Part shown: positions 16,550 through 24,370 of the stretch, one piece after another | Position numbering within the stretch: position 1 is the stretch's first letter | How the letters are laid out: every line of letters starts with the position of its first letter | Position numbers and translations under genes: made by a program | The notes under the pieces: generated by a model | Databases searched by the model: none | Told to the model about the DNA's origin: nothing | What the model saw: the letters and a program-made list of their open reading frames with translations, nothing else | NCBI GenBank assembly: GCA_964430725.1 | Contig: CAYSGL010000001.1 | Location: 1 to 32,715 of the forward strand | Source of the DNA: an uncultured Pseudobdellovibrionaceae bacterium | GTDB taxonomy: Bacteria > Pseudomonadota > Alphaproteobacteria > Micavibrionales > Micavibrionaceae | Direction of reading: 5' to 3' | Length of the DNA stretch: 32,715 bases

Positions 16550-17122
16550 TTAGGCAGCCTGTTCTTTCAGCGCTTCCTTCATGTCATCCGGCTTGAGACC
16601 GAGCTGGCTGGCGATCTCCAGCGCATCATCATCCAGTTCGCCCTGATTGGCTGGGCGTTCGCCGGTTTTGCTATTCGTGGCGGCGGCAATCACCGGAGCA
16701 GCTTCGATGAATTTTTTGAAGGCATCGGGATTCGAGCTGGCATAATCGAGCGCCCAGTCTTTTTGTGCGGGCGCGATCTTTCCGGCTTTCATGGCCTCGG
16801 CAACGGCAGTCTCTGCTTTGTCGGATGCCAGTGATTTTTGAACGCTGGCCAATTCAGCAGCGGTTTTGTTGAACATGTCCATCGGGACATATTCTTCGGG
16901 ATTGGGTTTTTTCGCGGTCGCCTGAATATCGGCAGCGGCGGTAGCAATTTCCTCGCCCTTGGCCTTTTCGTCCAGGCCCAGGGCTTTCGCCGCCGAAGCC
17001 AGGCTGGTTTGCGTTTCTTTCAGGGTAGCGGCGACTTCTTTGGCTTTGTCGACCACGGCCTGTTCATTTTCCGGCTTTTCAAGGCCGAGGGCAGATGCGA
17101 TTGCGAGTAGATATTTGTCCAT
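16550..17122 (-). CDS. Nested in-frame scaffold protein (Mu Z-like) from an internal start
   Basis: An in-frame ATG (Met161) at 17122 is preceded by GGAGG with an 8-nt spacer (GGAGGAAAACATCATG). It sits at the boundary between the protease-like and helical domains. Confidence 0.5.
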   Translation of the reverse strand: MDKYLLAIASALGLEKPENEQAVVDKAKEVAATLKETQTSLASAAKALGLDEKAKGEEIATAAADIQATAKKPNPEEYVPMDMFNKTAAELASVQKSLASDKAETAVAEAMKAGKIAPAQKDWALDYASSNPDAFKKFIEAAPVIAAATNSKTGERPANQGELDDDALEIASQLGLKPDDMKEALKEQAA

Positions 17123-17602
17123 GATGTTTTCCTCCATATCGTTGGACTGTTGAGACTGCGCTGAGGCGACAGCCTGCATTTCAAAATTGGGGGTATTGGT
17201 GAGTGAAGCGCGCAGAATGCGTGTTACTTCGCCGGTATCCTTGTCATGCCTGAAAACCGGCGAGATATAGCGATACTCTTTATCAGCCATTTCCTGGCGC
17301 GCCGCTGGCGTCCATTCAACATGCGCAAAAAGAGCGCCATCTTTTTCAACCAGTTTTTTAATCCAGCCTGCTGCTTTGACGCGTGTGCCCTTGGGGGCGA
17401 GATCAGTTTCATGGTCACGGTCGATCACCAGGTCAACCATGGGGCGGAGGCTTGCGGCGATGACGCCGGCAGGATTGGTGAGGTAATAAGGACCTCTCCC
17501 ATCAAAACCTTTCACTTCGCCGGCCGGAAAAATCGGAATAAGCGCGATATCATCTCCATCCGGCAATTTTACAAAGGTGTTTGCTTGCAAAAATTGTTTC
17601 AT
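16550..17602 (-). CDS. Head maturation protease/scaffold (Mu I-like)
   Basis: 350 aa. The N-terminal half (LIPIFPAGEVKGFDGRGPYYL...) resembles Mu I. The C-terminal half is Ala/Lys/Glu-rich and helical. There is no SD; CCTCC precedes the ATG. Confidence 0.85.
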   Translation of the reverse strand: MKQFLQANTFVKLPDGDDIALIPIFPAGEVKGFDGRGPYYLTNPAGVIAASLRPMVDLVIDRDHETDLAPKGTRVKAAGWIKKLVEKDGALFAHVEWTPAARQEMADKEYRYISPVFRHDKDTGEVTRILRASLTNTPNFEMQAVASAQSQQSNDMEENIMDKYLLAIASALGLEKPENEQAVVDKAKEVAATLKETQTSLASAAKALGLDEKAKGEEIATAAADIQATAKKPNPEEYVPMDMFNKTAAELASVQKSLASDKAETAVAEAMKAGKIAPAQKDWALDYASSNPDAFKKFIEAAPVIAAATNSKTGERPANQGELDDDALEIASQLGLKPDDMKEALKEQAA

Positions 17603-17637
17603 GGAGGCATGGTATGAGTATCAGCCCCATCAAATCA

Positions 17638-17655
17638 GTCGGACTATTGGCCTAC
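17638..17655. promoter_or_regulatory. Imperfect dyad GTAGGC-CAATAG-TCCGAC (read on the minus strand); candidate Mor/C-type activator site for the head operon
   Basis: It lies exactly 35 nt upstream of the I ATG (17602), the same spacing as the related perfect dyad upstream of lys. A -10-like TACCAT (17614-17609) would place +1 at the ATG. Confidence 0.45.
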
Positions 17656-17793
17656 CGCCCCCCTTGGAAGGCATGGGCTATACTCGTGTCATTGAAAACG
17701 GAGATATCTCGAAGACCGACCGATGGAGGCCGCCATGAAAAAGTAATCCGACCACATAATTTTCTATAACGTTTGAAAAATACAGATTTGCAT

Positions 17794-17820
17794 GGCCCGG
17801 AAGAAATCCGGGCCTTTTTC
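17794..17820 (+). terminator. Rho-independent terminator on the plus strand, opposite to all genes
   Basis: GGCCCGG-AAGAAAT-CCGGGCC is followed by TTTTT. On the minus strand there is no T-run after the hairpin. Confidence 0.6.
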
Positions 17821-18039
17821 ATGGCCGAACCCCCTTTTAAAAACCCCACAGCGCCTTCAAAAACGCCTCGGATTATTTTTCATGGGGAACGGGGGCGGCC
17901 AAGCCCTCTCAGCGCGCTCCTGAGGGCTTAAAAACAGAAATCAAAGATTGTTAACATAAGATTAAAAACGGGGGCGCTCAGGCTTGCTTTTTTCTGAAAA
18001 ATACAGGACAATGGAATTGTCGTGGTAGGAGCCTTACCT

Positions 18040-18096
18040 CCCTCAAAGCGACAAAACGGGCCGGCCAATCGTAAAGGGATGCCGGCCTATTTTTTT
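18040..18096. terminator. Bidirectional intrinsic terminator at the end of the F-like gene
   Basis: The stem is GGCCGGC (18059-18065) paired with GCCGGCC (18081-18087), with a 15-nt loop. On the minus strand it is followed by CGTTTTGTCGCTTTG, and on the plus strand by TATTTTTTT. Confidence 0.55.
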
Positions 18097-19349
18097 GTTC
18101 GGCGATAGGCAAGCGCTCCGGCGCGCTGGCGCAGCAGATAGCGAACATCGTCGGTCTTGAAGGTCGTCACCCCGTTCCAGCCGGATGGAGACACATCAAA
18201 CATCGTAAAGCCGCCCTCCGTGCCTTCATCACCCTGCCAGCGGGTGAGGTAGACACGGTTCAACGTCATACGGCCTTTGGGGTATTCCTGCCATGTCCAG
18301 AAAATTTCATCGGGATTTTTGATCGCGGCCGCCATAAGCAACAGATGACGATGCCGGCCCCGTTTCGTGGCCTTAAGCTGGCCGCCCGGCAATCTGAACA
18401 AATCATCCGATATAACAAGCTTTTCGCCAAGCGCATCGGTGAAAATGACGGGCTTGCCGATATCGCCGCCGAATTCTTTTAAAAACCGGCGGGCATATTC
18501 CTCTTCACTCAAACCGTCTGGCAACAGTGCATCTTTGGGAATGGGGCGCGGTGGCGGCATTGGCAGGTCAATCGGGTTGCCAGCGAACGGGATGTGCAGC
18601 GGACGGTCAAGATCCGGCCGGGCGAGCGCTTGCATGCGCGCTTTGCCGACATTGTAGGCAAAAGCCGGATCGATGCCTTGCGGCGCAACCATCGGCTGGC
18701 CGGTTTTTTTGTTGATATAGGTTTTGGGTGCATTGATCGGCGCTGCCGGGGCAGGTTTCAGCCCCAGCCTTTTCAGATCCCGATCGCTCAGCTGCTGCAC
18801 GGTGCAGCGGCAGCGCCATCCGTTCGGTGGATAATGATCATTCCAAAAGGGATCGTCGGCCGGCAGGACGGTGTTATGCCACTGACGGTGCTGGTGGCGG
18901 GTGCGTTCGTCAAGGATGGCGATGTAACGCAACCAGGGACGGGTTTTCTTGGTGCGCTGAACCTGTTCCCACCGGCCGGCGGCGTAAGCGGTACGCAAAT
19001 TGGTGTCATAAATAATTTTCAAGCGCCTGGTACTGCCGAGCTGCACGAGACGCTCTTCGCCGGTATTGGGATCAACCATTAGCTTTTTGCCCCACCATCC
19101 CTTGCTTTCAAGGGTGGGTTTAAGCTGTTTTTTAAACTCATTGAAAGTGATACCTTCAGCCACTGCCTGGTCAACGCTCTGGCGGATGTCCTGCAACAGA
19201 TCGATGGAGGTGGCCTTCGCCACGGTGAAATGATAGGCATGCTCTTCGCGCCACATCTCATGCCAGTCAAAGGTAACTTTATACCCTTTCTTGCGGAAAT
19301 AATCGATTGCTTCCTTCGGCGGCTGTGGCTTGAGATCGATTTTGGCCAT
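18087..19349 (-). CDS. Head morphogenesis protein (Mu F / gp30-like, SPP1 gp7 family)
   Basis: 420 aa containing HYPPNGWRCRCTV, typical of the Mu F family. It lies downstream of the portal gene. Confidence 0.9.
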   Translation of the reverse strand: MAKIDLKPQPPKEAIDYFRKKGYKVTFDWHEMWREEHAYHFTVAKATSIDLLQDIRQSVDQAVAEGITFNEFKKQLKPTLESKGWWGKKLMVDPNTGEERLVQLGSTRRLKIIYDTNLRTAYAAGRWEQVQRTKKTRPWLRYIAILDERTRHQHRQWHNTVLPADDPFWNDHYPPNGWRCRCTVQQLSDRDLKRLGLKPAPAAPINAPKTYINKKTGQPMVAPQGIDPAFAYNVGKARMQALARPDLDRPLHIPFAGNPIDLPMPPPRPIPKDALLPDGLSEEEYARRFLKEFGGDIGKPVIFTDALGEKLVISDDLFRLPGGQLKATKRGRHRHLLLMAAAIKNPDEIFWTWQEYPKGRMTLNRVYLTRWQGDEGTEGGFTMFDVSPSGWNGVTTFKTDDVRYLLRQRAGALAYRRTKK

Positions 19350-19355
19350 ATCGGA

Positions 19356-19490
19356 TTATCCTGCAATCGTTAAGGCCAGAGCGACAACGGATACGCAAAT
19401 TAAAATCCCTCCCCATCCTGCCAATAAGTAGCCAAAGGCAGCGGCGGCGACTAAAGAAGAGAAAATTATATTAAACCCGAATTCTCTCAT
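19356..19490 (-). CDS. Possible 44-aa hydrophobic mini-protein
   Basis: Hand translation gives MREFGFNIIFSSLVAAAAFGYLLAGWGGILICVSVVALALTIAG. It fills the otherwise unexplained 144-nt gap between the portal and F genes. The SD is weak and the ORF is below the track's size cut-off. Confidence 0.3.
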   Translation of the reverse strand: MREFGFNIIFSSLVAAAAFGYLLAGWGGILICVSVVALALTIAG

Positions 19491-19493
19491 GCT

Positions 19494-21044
19494 TCATTCA
19501 TCCAGATCGATTTCAAGATTGCCGGCGACCCGTGCTTTGAATCCCATGCGCGCCAGTTGATTGGCCAGATTGTTCATATCGATCTCGCCGGCAAGCGTTA
19601 AAAGCTTTTGACGAAAATCGTCAAAGTCTTCGCTCTGATCGGCGGCTTCTTCGAGCAGGTTTACGATCGGATTCATAATTTCTTCGAAATCGCCCTCGAT
19701 CTCATCGATGGCCTGATCAATCGCATCTTTATCTGTGTTGGGCCGCGCGGAGGCCAGCGATGTATTCTCTGGCGGGTTATTGACAGGAGCGGACGCTGCC
19801 GGTTTTTGCAGGATATCATTATCATCGACCGGCGCGGGAAGTCCTAGCTTTTCACGCAGCTTCGATGAGCTGATTTTAAGGCCGATATTAACGGCACGCT
19901 CGGCTGTCATGGAGAGCTTGTCGCTGTCGATCTGCTCCGATCGGCCGATCCGCAGGCGCGGGTAGCGTTTTTGCTCCCCATAATTTAAATCGATCATCGG
20001 CCGGATGAGTTGTTCATTCAGCGTGGCGGCAAGCTGACGGGCATCGGCGCGCTCAATGTCTTCCCGCACCTCATTGTGTTCTTTCGACACGGCATGGCCG
20101 CCGGAAATCGCATCAACCGTGGTTGTCTGCCCAAGAACGGCTTTGGAGATCTGCTGATCGCAGAATTTACACAGGCGGTCGAAAACATCGGCTGTATTGG
20201 TTTTGCCGGCCGCCTCGATAAATTCGATTTGCATGGACTCTGGAATAATGGCGGCCGCATCCGAGCCGATCTGTGCAACGGCGCGACGGAGAACATCTTT
20301 ATCCGCCTTGCTTGCGCCCGGTCCGTATTTACCCATGCGGATTGGCTGGCCATAGGCTTCGGCAAAGATTACCCAGTCCTTGATGCTGAAATTCTTGAAC
20401 AGCCACATCCACGCGCACGGCCGGATAATGCCTCCACGGACAGTGATACCGGATTTTGCCTTGTGGCGATGTACGATGAATTTATATGGTGCCAGGGGAA
20501 CGGGAATATTATCGTCGCCCTTCATCATCAGTGTTTCCCGATCGGTGCGGTCAAATTCAAACCATCGGGGATCGCGCCATTTCAAATCTTTGGGCAGCCA
20601 GATGCTGTCATTGACATCCCAGAGAATTTCGACGACTGAATAGCCCTTCCCAATTGCATCGAGAATATCAAAAATTTCTGTTTCCAGATGATCGCGGCGC
20701 AACCAATCCTCGATCAACTGGGCGTTGCGCACATCCACATCATTCTCACTCGCGGGTTCGACGGTGATCTCCAACTGCGATACGGCGCGTTTGCGTGTGC
20801 CGATCACTGCAAGGTAGTGCGTGTCTTTCTCCTCGATCTCTTCAGCCATCTCCAGATAGGCTGTCGCATCATTATCCTCCGTTGCGCGCAGGATGCGTGC
20901 CAGGCGACCCGGATTAAGGCCGGTAGTTTGCTCGGCTGTTAAAAAGCTGCGGACACCCGTAATACTGGGCGTGGCCTGTTCTTCCAATAGCTCCGATCGG
21001 CGCAGCGGGTTCCCGTATTGATCGACGAGTTTTGTCATTACCAT
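19494..21044 (-). CDS. Portal protein (Mu gp29-like, DUF935-like)
   Basis: 516 aa with portal-like sequence, positioned after the large terminase and overlapping its stop. Confidence 0.9.
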   Translation of the reverse strand: MVMTKLVDQYGNPLRRSELLEEQATPSITGVRSFLTAEQTTGLNPGRLARILRATEDNDATAYLEMAEEIEEKDTHYLAVIGTRKRAVSQLEITVEPASENDVDVRNAQLIEDWLRRDHLETEIFDILDAIGKGYSVVEILWDVNDSIWLPKDLKWRDPRWFEFDRTDRETLMMKGDDNIPVPLAPYKFIVHRHKAKSGITVRGGIIRPCAWMWLFKNFSIKDWVIFAEAYGQPIRMGKYGPGASKADKDVLRRAVAQIGSDAAAIIPESMQIEFIEAAGKTNTADVFDRLCKFCDQQISKAVLGQTTTVDAISGGHAVSKEHNEVREDIERADARQLAATLNEQLIRPMIDLNYGEQKRYPRLRIGRSEQIDSDKLSMTAERAVNIGLKISSSKLREKLGLPAPVDDNDILQKPAASAPVNNPPENTSLASARPNTDKDAIDQAIDEIEGDFEEIMNPIVNLLEEAADQSEDFDDFRQKLLTLAGEIDMNNLANQLARMGFKARVAGNLEIDLDE

Positions 21045-22582
21045 GCTCCTTCATTGTTGCCGAAAGCGAAAGATCGCTTGGCTTCGTCCTCATCATCATC
21101 GATATCAAGGTTCGTGCCCTTTGATCTTTGTCCGCCGAAAGCCGGCGTGTAATCATATTCTTCAACATCCTGCCTAGAAGACCAGTAGGCCATCACTGCT
21201 GCGATCAAAGAGTCACCGTGGCGTTTGCCGCCATCCTTGCCAGTGGTTCTCTTATCGCGAATCTGCGGGATTCCGCCTTCAACTGTGGCTGCGCGGTGAT
21301 CGTCTTTGATATCGGCATCGCGCGGCAGGATGATGGTTGCATCCTCTAGTGCGCCCTTGTATGGCGGAAAAGCTTCCAGATACCAGGATCGCGACGTCAT
21401 AATTTGCTGAAAACGACCGACCCCATAGCGCTGGGCCGTCTCTTCCGCCATCTGCTGGCCTAGGCCGCGCGCGTCGGCTGCGCCGCTGTAAAAGCGCGGC
21501 AGGCGATCCATGATGTACCAGAGGATTTGTAGCTGCTGGCGGAACGGCATGTTTCTCAGCTCCACCACAAAGGGTGTGTGTCTGACCAGATTGCGCTCGA
21601 TGACGAAAGGCCAGAACACTGTCAGGTCACCGGTGCGTCCTGCGTCACCGCCAATGGTAGAGCGAAGATTCGGATCAAGCGCATCGAGCAAGGGTTTCAG
21701 TTTTTCTTTGCACCAATCCTCTACTTCACGGTTTCGGACCTCTTCTGGCTGCATGGCAAAGGCATCCGGCATTTCCAACCGCAAAATGGGTATGCCCTCT
21801 TGCATACGACTTTCGATCAGCGCCGTCGTCAACCATGTGCCCGATGATAGACGCGGAATACAAAACAATTCTTCGTCAGCGCCATCGCCATAAAATTTAA
21901 TCAGCTCGTCGCGCCATTCCCGCTCTGCCGCAAGGCTATATGTTTTCCCTGTTGTCAGACAGATCCGCTCATACAATCCGTCTTTCAGGGCATCATCGAG
22001 ATCGACACGCAAAATGGCGTAATTGTTTTTCTTGGCGCGAGCATCAAGAATATATTCATTGAACGGGTTGGATGCGCCGTCATGCGTAGAGATAACGAGC
22101 ACTTTACCGCCCCAGATCAGCAAGGCGAGCGCGGCTTTCATAAGCTCTTTTAAATCGTCATGGAAGGCGGCTTCATCAATAATTACATAGCCTTGTCTGC
22201 CGCGTAGGGAGCGCGGCCGGCTGGTCAGGGCGACAATCTCATAACCGGAATCAAACTTGATGCGGAATGCCTGTATTTCTTTATCGTTATCATCCTTGAA
22301 GATAAACTCTTCCACCTCTTGTGCGGCATATTTGAAATTCTTCGCCCACATTGCGCAGACGTCGATAAATTCCCGCGTCATATCGAGATTAAAGCCGATG
22401 TAAAATACTTTCATGCCTCCGGCTTTTCGGCTTGCCGCAGCCGTCAGAACGGCATCGGCGCCAATACCCCATGTCATCCCGATCCGACGGGATTTTTCAC
22501 AAAAAACAACTTTGTGCTTGGCAACCAGCTGGATCAGCTTTGCCTGGTAGCGCAACAGAACGGCGGGCAGCTTGCTGGTCAT
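21038..22582 (-). CDS. Terminase large subunit (Mu gp28-like)
   Basis: 514 aa with an N-terminal ATPase region (CEKSRRIGMTWG) and a C-terminal nuclease-like half, in the conserved position. Confidence 0.9.
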   Translation of the reverse strand: MTSKLPAVLLRYQAKLIQLVAKHKVVFCEKSRRIGMTWGIGADAVLTAAASRKAGGMKVFYIGFNLDMTREFIDVCAMWAKNFKYAAQEVEEFIFKDDNDKEIQAFRIKFDSGYEIVALTSRPRSLRGRQGYVIIDEAAFHDDLKELMKAALALLIWGGKVLVISTHDGASNPFNEYILDARAKKNNYAILRVDLDDALKDGLYERICLTTGKTYSLAAEREWRDELIKFYGDGADEELFCIPRLSSGTWLTTALIESRMQEGIPILRLEMPDAFAMQPEEVRNREVEDWCKEKLKPLLDALDPNLRSTIGGDAGRTGDLTVFWPFVIERNLVRHTPFVVELRNMPFRQQLQILWYIMDRLPRFYSGAADARGLGQQMAEETAQRYGVGRFQQIMTSRSWYLEAFPPYKGALEDATIILPRDADIKDDHRAATVEGGIPQIRDKRTTGKDGGKRHGDSLIAAVMAYWSSRQDVEEYDYTPAFGGQRSKGTNLDIDDDEDEAKRSFAFGNNEGAW

Positions 22583-22800
22583 TCTTGCGGATCTCCGATA
22601 TAGCCGTGATCGACGGTCATAAAAATGCCATCACCATTACAGCGCGGTCCCAGACAAAGCAGAGATGCGATGAATGTGCCTTGTCTGTTTTTCAAGACAA
22701 TCGGGACAAAAGCCGATTGATCTTCGCACCGGGGGCATAAAGCAAAACTTGCCTGCCCCCGTTCTAAGACTTTTTCCGCAAGGTCGACGACATCCGCCAT
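22579..22800 (-). CDS. Small Cys4 zinc-ribbon-like protein inserted in the terminase module
   Basis: 73 aa with CPRC...C-x4-C (C22, C25, C49, C54). It is translationally coupled on both sides: TAATG with the gp27-like stop and ATGA with the terminase start. Confidence 0.65.
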   Translation of the reverse strand: MADVVDLAEKVLERGQASFALCPRCEDQSAFVPIVLKNRQGTFIASLLCLGPRCNGDGIFMTVDHGYIGDPQE

Positions 22801-23351
22801 TATGCCCCGATCCCAAGAATGCTGGATCTGATAGCCTGAACCGTATCCGGCGACAGACCCCGCTCGCGCGCTTCATCGGCCGCATCATCTGCCGCTTTTT
22901 CAAGGGCGGATTGACGGGCTTCCTCGACGGCAGCGGTAATTTGCGTATCGAGATCGAGCTTGCTGGCTTTGGCTAATTTTTCCAGCGTTGTGGCCGCGAA
23001 CATTGCCTCTTTCGGATCAAGCACGACTTCCTCATCGGAATCGTCGGGGCCGATCATTATTTTCATCAGCAGGCTGTGCAGGATTTCGATATTGGTTCTG
23101 GCTACCTTGCTGGTTTCCTTGTCCCCGAATTGCCGGCCGATGGCTTCAGCCAGCGTGCGGGATTTACGCATCTGCGCGGCGACCTGATCCATTTTTTTAA
23201 CATGCCGGCCGAGGGCCGATCGGGAAACGTCGACATTGAGTGTGTCAAGCGCCGCCAAAATTTCATCGATCGTATGATTTTGATCGCGCAGCGCCGTTAT
23301 TTTCTGGCGGATTTTCTCCGGCAAGCGCTCGATGCTGGATCGTCTGCCCAT
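22800..23351 (-). CDS. Mu gp27-like protein (DUF3486-like; presumed small terminase / DNA recognition)
   Basis: 183 aa from the ATG at 23351, with GAGG 6 nt upstream. MGRRSSIERLPEKIRQKI is the typical N-terminus of this family. The track ORF extends to a TTG at 23393. Confidence 0.8.
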   Translation of the reverse strand: MGRRSSIERLPEKIRQKITALRDQNHTIDEILAALDTLNVDVSRSALGRHVKKMDQVAAQMRKSRTLAEAIGRQFGDKETSKVARTNIEILHSLLMKIMIGPDDSDEEVVLDPKEAMFAATTLEKLAKASKLDLDTQITAAVEEARQSALEKAADDAADEARERGLSPDTVQAIRSSILGIGA

Positions 23352-23358
23352 ATCCGCC

Positions 23359-23658
23359 TCACACTCCGATTGAAGGCTTTTTAATACCTTCAACCTGGAT
23401 AATGCCCTCGGCGCACTCTACGCCGCGCCGGGTGATGGTGCAGACCTGCACATCTCCAAACCATTCATCAATGATCAAACCCTGATTGATCAAGAACCGG
23501 ATATCTTCACGAATGGTCGCGCGCGGCAGGCGGCGATGCCCCAGCAGCTCCAACCCGTTTTGCAGCACGCTCTCGTTGGCCGTGCCGCCGCTTTCCTTGA
23601 GCAGCCGGAGCATGCAAAGGCGGCGATCTTGCGCCAGGTGAGACTGGTAGTTGCTCAT
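23359..23658 (-). CDS. Small winged-helix-like protein (in the position of Mu gp26)
   Basis: 99 aa. LCMLRLLKESGGTANESVLQNGLELLG...IREDIRFLINQGLI looks like a wHTH. Confidence 0.7.
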   Translation of the reverse strand: MSNYQSHLAQDRRLCMLRLLKESGGTANESVLQNGLELLGHRRLPRATIREDIRFLINQGLIIDEWFGDVQVCTITRRGVECAEGIIQVEGIKKPSIGV

Positions 23659-24062
23659 TTTCCCCTCTCCCGAAGATACTCATCAATGACATCGACTTGC
23701 TTTTGCAGGCGTTCCGTAATCCCTTTTTGCGATTCAAAACGAACCGCCGCCGCATCAAGGCTGCCCTGTAGTTTCGTTATCTGAATGGACAGATCGTGAA
23801 TGTCCTTGGCGTTGGGCATATCTGCCATGGCATCTTTGAGATATTTCACCTCACGCGCCAGGCTTGCCAGGACGCCTTCCGTTGCCTCTACGCGCTTGGC
23901 AAGGCCGGAGTGATTGCCATCAATACGTTTGACTGTCTCATCGTGATCGGTGCGCAGCACGAATTTGCTGGCGAAAGCCAGAACGAACAGGGCGCATATC
24001 CCTTGCAGAATAAACAGGATGGCACTGGCATAAGGAGATACGGCTTTAAGAAGGTCGATCAT
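23655..24062 (-). CDS. N-terminal TM plus coiled-coil protein (DUF2730-like); i-spanin-like or Mu gp25-like lysis accessory
   Basis: 135 aa with one TM helix (ASAILFILQGICALFVLAFASKFVL) followed by about 100 aa that look coiled. It has an ATGA overlap with the lipoprotein gene. Confidence 0.7.
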   Translation of the reverse strand: MIDLLKAVSPYASAILFILQGICALFVLAFASKFVLRTDHDETVKRIDGNHSGLAKRVEATEGVLASLAREVKYLKDAMADMPNAKDIHDLSIQITKLQGSLDAAAVRFESQKGITERLQKQVDVIDEYLRERGK

Positions 24063-24370
24063 TGGGCGGCCTCAAGTTGAAGTTTCAGTCTAAACAGGCG
24101 TTGATGCCATTCATCGATCGCGGGGCAGCTCGATATTTCAGTCCCATCGGCAGCGATTGTAATGGGGCAAACCTTGTCCAGTTCGTTTGCTACGGCCGCG
24201 CCTGCTTTTGGCCAGGGTGGGATAGCGCAGGATATGGAGGATTCCTGTTTTTCCGATGCATCAAAGCCGGTCGTTGCGCATGCGCTCACGCACAGAAGAA
24301 GGGCGCTCAGGAGAGCCAGCCGAAATATCGAGCTGCTTTGTCTTTGATTTGTTGGCTTTCTCAAGAGCAT
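24059..24370 (-). CDS. Outer-membrane lipoprotein, o-spanin candidate
   Basis: 103 aa with a signal peptide and a lipobox (LLLCVSAC, with Cys following VSA). The mature part contains further Cys residues. Confidence 0.65.
   Translation of the reverse strand: MLLRKPTNQRQSSSIFRLALLSALLLCVSACATTGFDASEKQESSISCAIPPWPKAGAAVANELDKVCPITIAADGTEISSCPAIDEWHQRLFRLKLQLEAAQ

Noticed and set aside
17614-17769. Plus-strand 51-aa ORF with an apparently perfect SD (GGAGG, then 6 nt, then ATG) in the F-I gap
   Set aside because: The GGAGG is simply the complement of the conserved CCTCC that precedes the I start codon; the lys start has CTCCC in the same place. The ORF begins upstream of the only plausible plus-strand -10, and the peptide has no recognisable features. 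It is kept only as a remote possibility under the gap findings.
17652-17849. Minus-strand 65-aa ORF in the gap, considered as a Mu G analogue
   Set aside because: It is very basic and low-complexity, has no SD and spans the terminator hairpin. A clear G-like virion morphogenesis gene exists elsewhere, at 13759-14238.
17820-17935. tRNA or other structured RNA gene in the gap (GGGGGTTCGGCC and the 17901-17929 hairpin)
   Set aside because: No cloverleaf can be drawn: there is no acceptor stem, and the T-arm-like GGTTCG lacks a complementary strand. The hairpin alone is not diagnostic.
20010-20639. Long plus-strand ORFs (for example 20010-20639 at 209 aa, 29470-30138 at 222 aa, 14637-15161 at 174 aa, 9469-9975, 13762-14268, 15652-16116 and 633-1022)
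   Set aside because: All lie antisense to minus-strand genes with clear family resemblance. They have odd, Arg/Gly/Ser/Pro-rich compositions, no SD and no operon logic. They are shadow ORFs typical of moderately GC-rich DNA.
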